Part shown: positions 56,645 to 57,985 of the stretch, piece by piece
How positions within the stretch are numbered: the stretch's first letter is position 1
Layout of the letters: every line of letters starts with the position of its first letter
Origin: a virus
Taxonomy: Duplodnaviria > Caudoviricetes
Reading direction: 5' to 3' (one strand)
Length of the DNA: 57,985 nucleotides
Virus record (IMG/VR): IMGVR_UViG_3300031812_000004
Location: 1-57,985 of that record
Made by a program: the position numbers and the translations under genes
Notes under the pieces: model-generated
What the model was told of the DNA's origin: nothing
Seen by the model: only the letters and a program-made list of their open reading frames with translations
Database searches by the model: none

Positions 56645-57985
56645 ATGTCTAAGTGTGTAGATAGTACAAATAGTTCATGTGTAGTTTGGGATGGTCATAA
56701 TATTGACTGTCTTGGGTTGTGTCGTGGAGATACTGTTACTGATGTTATAACCAAACTTGGACAAATTGTATGTTTATTAAATAATTTTACAGATGTTAAA
56801 ACTTTAAACTTTTTATGTTATAGTAATGAGAATAATCTACCACAAAATCTTAATGAGCTTTTACAGTGGTATATAACAAAACTTTGTGAAATAAGAAATC
56901 AACCTTCATCAGAACCAGATATAACTTGTGATTACGTATTAAATAATATTTATTCCTGTCTTATACCTTTTACGATTTGTTTTGGTAATAATATAATTGC
57001 TACGTACAATGTGCCTTTGTGGACTTCATCTGGAAACTCATTTGTATCTATTGTAGCAGAAAGAATATGTGATATTTACAGCACTATTTCTTCAATACAA
57101 AACACATTAAATAATATTCAAAATCAGATAACTTATATTTTAAATAACTGTTGTGATGAAGGTGGTGGCGGTGTTTCATTCAGTATAACACCAAACACAT
57201 GTGTTTATCCTTCTGAAATAACACCACCGTCAGAAATAAACACTTTTAATTTATTGGGTGATTACATATTTTTCACCGCAGGTTTAAGTTGTTGTTTACA
57301 AGGAATGCTTGGTTATTCAGGAGTTTCTCCTGATTTATTAAATTGTAATTTTAATTCATTTACAAGACCTTCAGTCCGTTTTAATATTCCTACGGGTTTT
57401 TGTGCTGCTAATAGTGGATCACCGGATCAAATGTTCTTCTTTCCCAACGTGAACGTTAACAACATTCATGATTTAACAAATTTTGTAGCAACGATTTCAA
57501 ATAATCTTTATAATTCCACCAATGGTATTTATGCTATTTTAAAACAAATAACTACAAATTTAACTATCTGTATAAACGATTTACAAGCTCAAATAGATAA
57601 TTGTGACTGTATATGTTCTTCAATAGATCAGCCGTTGGTATATTTAACTCCCAGGATTAACACTTATAATAATAATAATACCGTACCATCAGGTGTATTT
57701 GTCGTAAATCTTACTGCTTTTCCGTCATCTTCTTTACCAAACGTTAGTGTTGATCTTACCTTTTCGTTTATAGACAGTAACGGTGGAACTACTGGTTATC
57801 CCGTTACAACACATACCGGATTATCTCTTTCTTTGTTTACATCAGGATATAATGCTACTGTTAATTATTTAAGTCATGCAGCATTTAGCGGAACTTATAT
57901 TCATTCAGCAGCTCCTGATGATCTCTATGTTATTTTAAGAGCAGATGTAAAATATGAAGATTCCGGTGGATTATTAAGATGTACT
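56645..57985 (+). CDS. Cys-rich structural/fibre protein, runs off the window edge (not in ORF track)
   Basis: ATG at 56645: MSKCVDSTNSSCVVWDGHNIDCLGLCRGDTVTDVITKL...; the same frame reads open at the window end (..GGLLRCT). Confidence 0.75.
   Translation, partial: MSKCVDSTNSSCVVWDGHNIDCLGLCRGDTVTDVITKLGQIVCLLNNFTDVKTLNFLCYSNENNLPQNLNELLQWYITKLCEIRNQPSSEPDITCDYVLNNIYSCLIPFTICFGNNIIATYNVPLWTSSGNSFVSIVAERICDIYSTISSIQNTLNNIQNQITYILNNCCDEGGGGVSFSITPNTCVYPSEITPPSEINTFNLLGDYIFFTAGLSCCLQGMLGYSGVSPDLLNCNFNSFTRPSVRFNIPTGFCAANSGSPDQMFFFPNVNVNNIHDLTNFVATISNNLYNSTNGIYAILKQITTNLTICINDLQAQIDNCDCICSSIDQPLVYLTPRINTYNNNNTVPSGVFVVNLTAFPSSSLPNVSVDLTFSFIDSNGGTTGYPVTTHTGLSLSLFTSGYNATVNYLSHAAFSGTYIHSAAPDDLYVILRADVKYEDSGGLLRCT

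Noticed and set aside
1-57985. Stop-codon reassignment (TAG or TGA), known in some crAss-like phages
   Set aside because: PolB, TerL, portal and MCP are full length in code 11; TAG ends terL and patatin, and TGA ends several genes at sensible positions

Overview
This very AT-rich window looks like part of a large crAss-like (Crassvirales-type) phage genome that probably infects a Bacteroidota host; several genes have TAnnTTTG -7 boxes and A-rich leaders without Shine-Dalgarno sites. Positions 1-32.6 kb are on the minus strand. They hold early and replication genes: a sigma-70-like factor, an SMC/Rad50-like ATPase, a YqaJ-like exonuclease, family-B DNA polymerase, primase, SSB, an AAA_24 ATPase, a tandem family of ~280-aa paralogs, two MoxR-like ATPases with a VWA/metallopeptidase partner, DnaB, RuvC, two ankyrin proteins and DUF932. 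Positions 33.5-58 kb are on the plus strand and hold morphogenesis genes: fibre-like proteins, terminase, portal, a scaffold-like protein, patatin, major capsid, ring/adaptor proteins and Cys-rich virion proteins. The divergence zone (29.4-38.2 kb) is the most unusual part. It contains a ~615-nt GC-rich, densely base-paired non-coding region with GNRA loops and its own terminator (candidate novel large structured RNA). It also has a perfect parS-type palindrome, a G/C-skew flip with 13-bp iteron-like repeats and G-tracts (candidate origin), and several bipartite heptamer fold-back arrays. A 13-bp motif, TAAWATTTAGTAT, precedes several structural genes and may be the promoter read by the phage sigma factor. 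All assignments come from reading motifs by eye; no searches were run.
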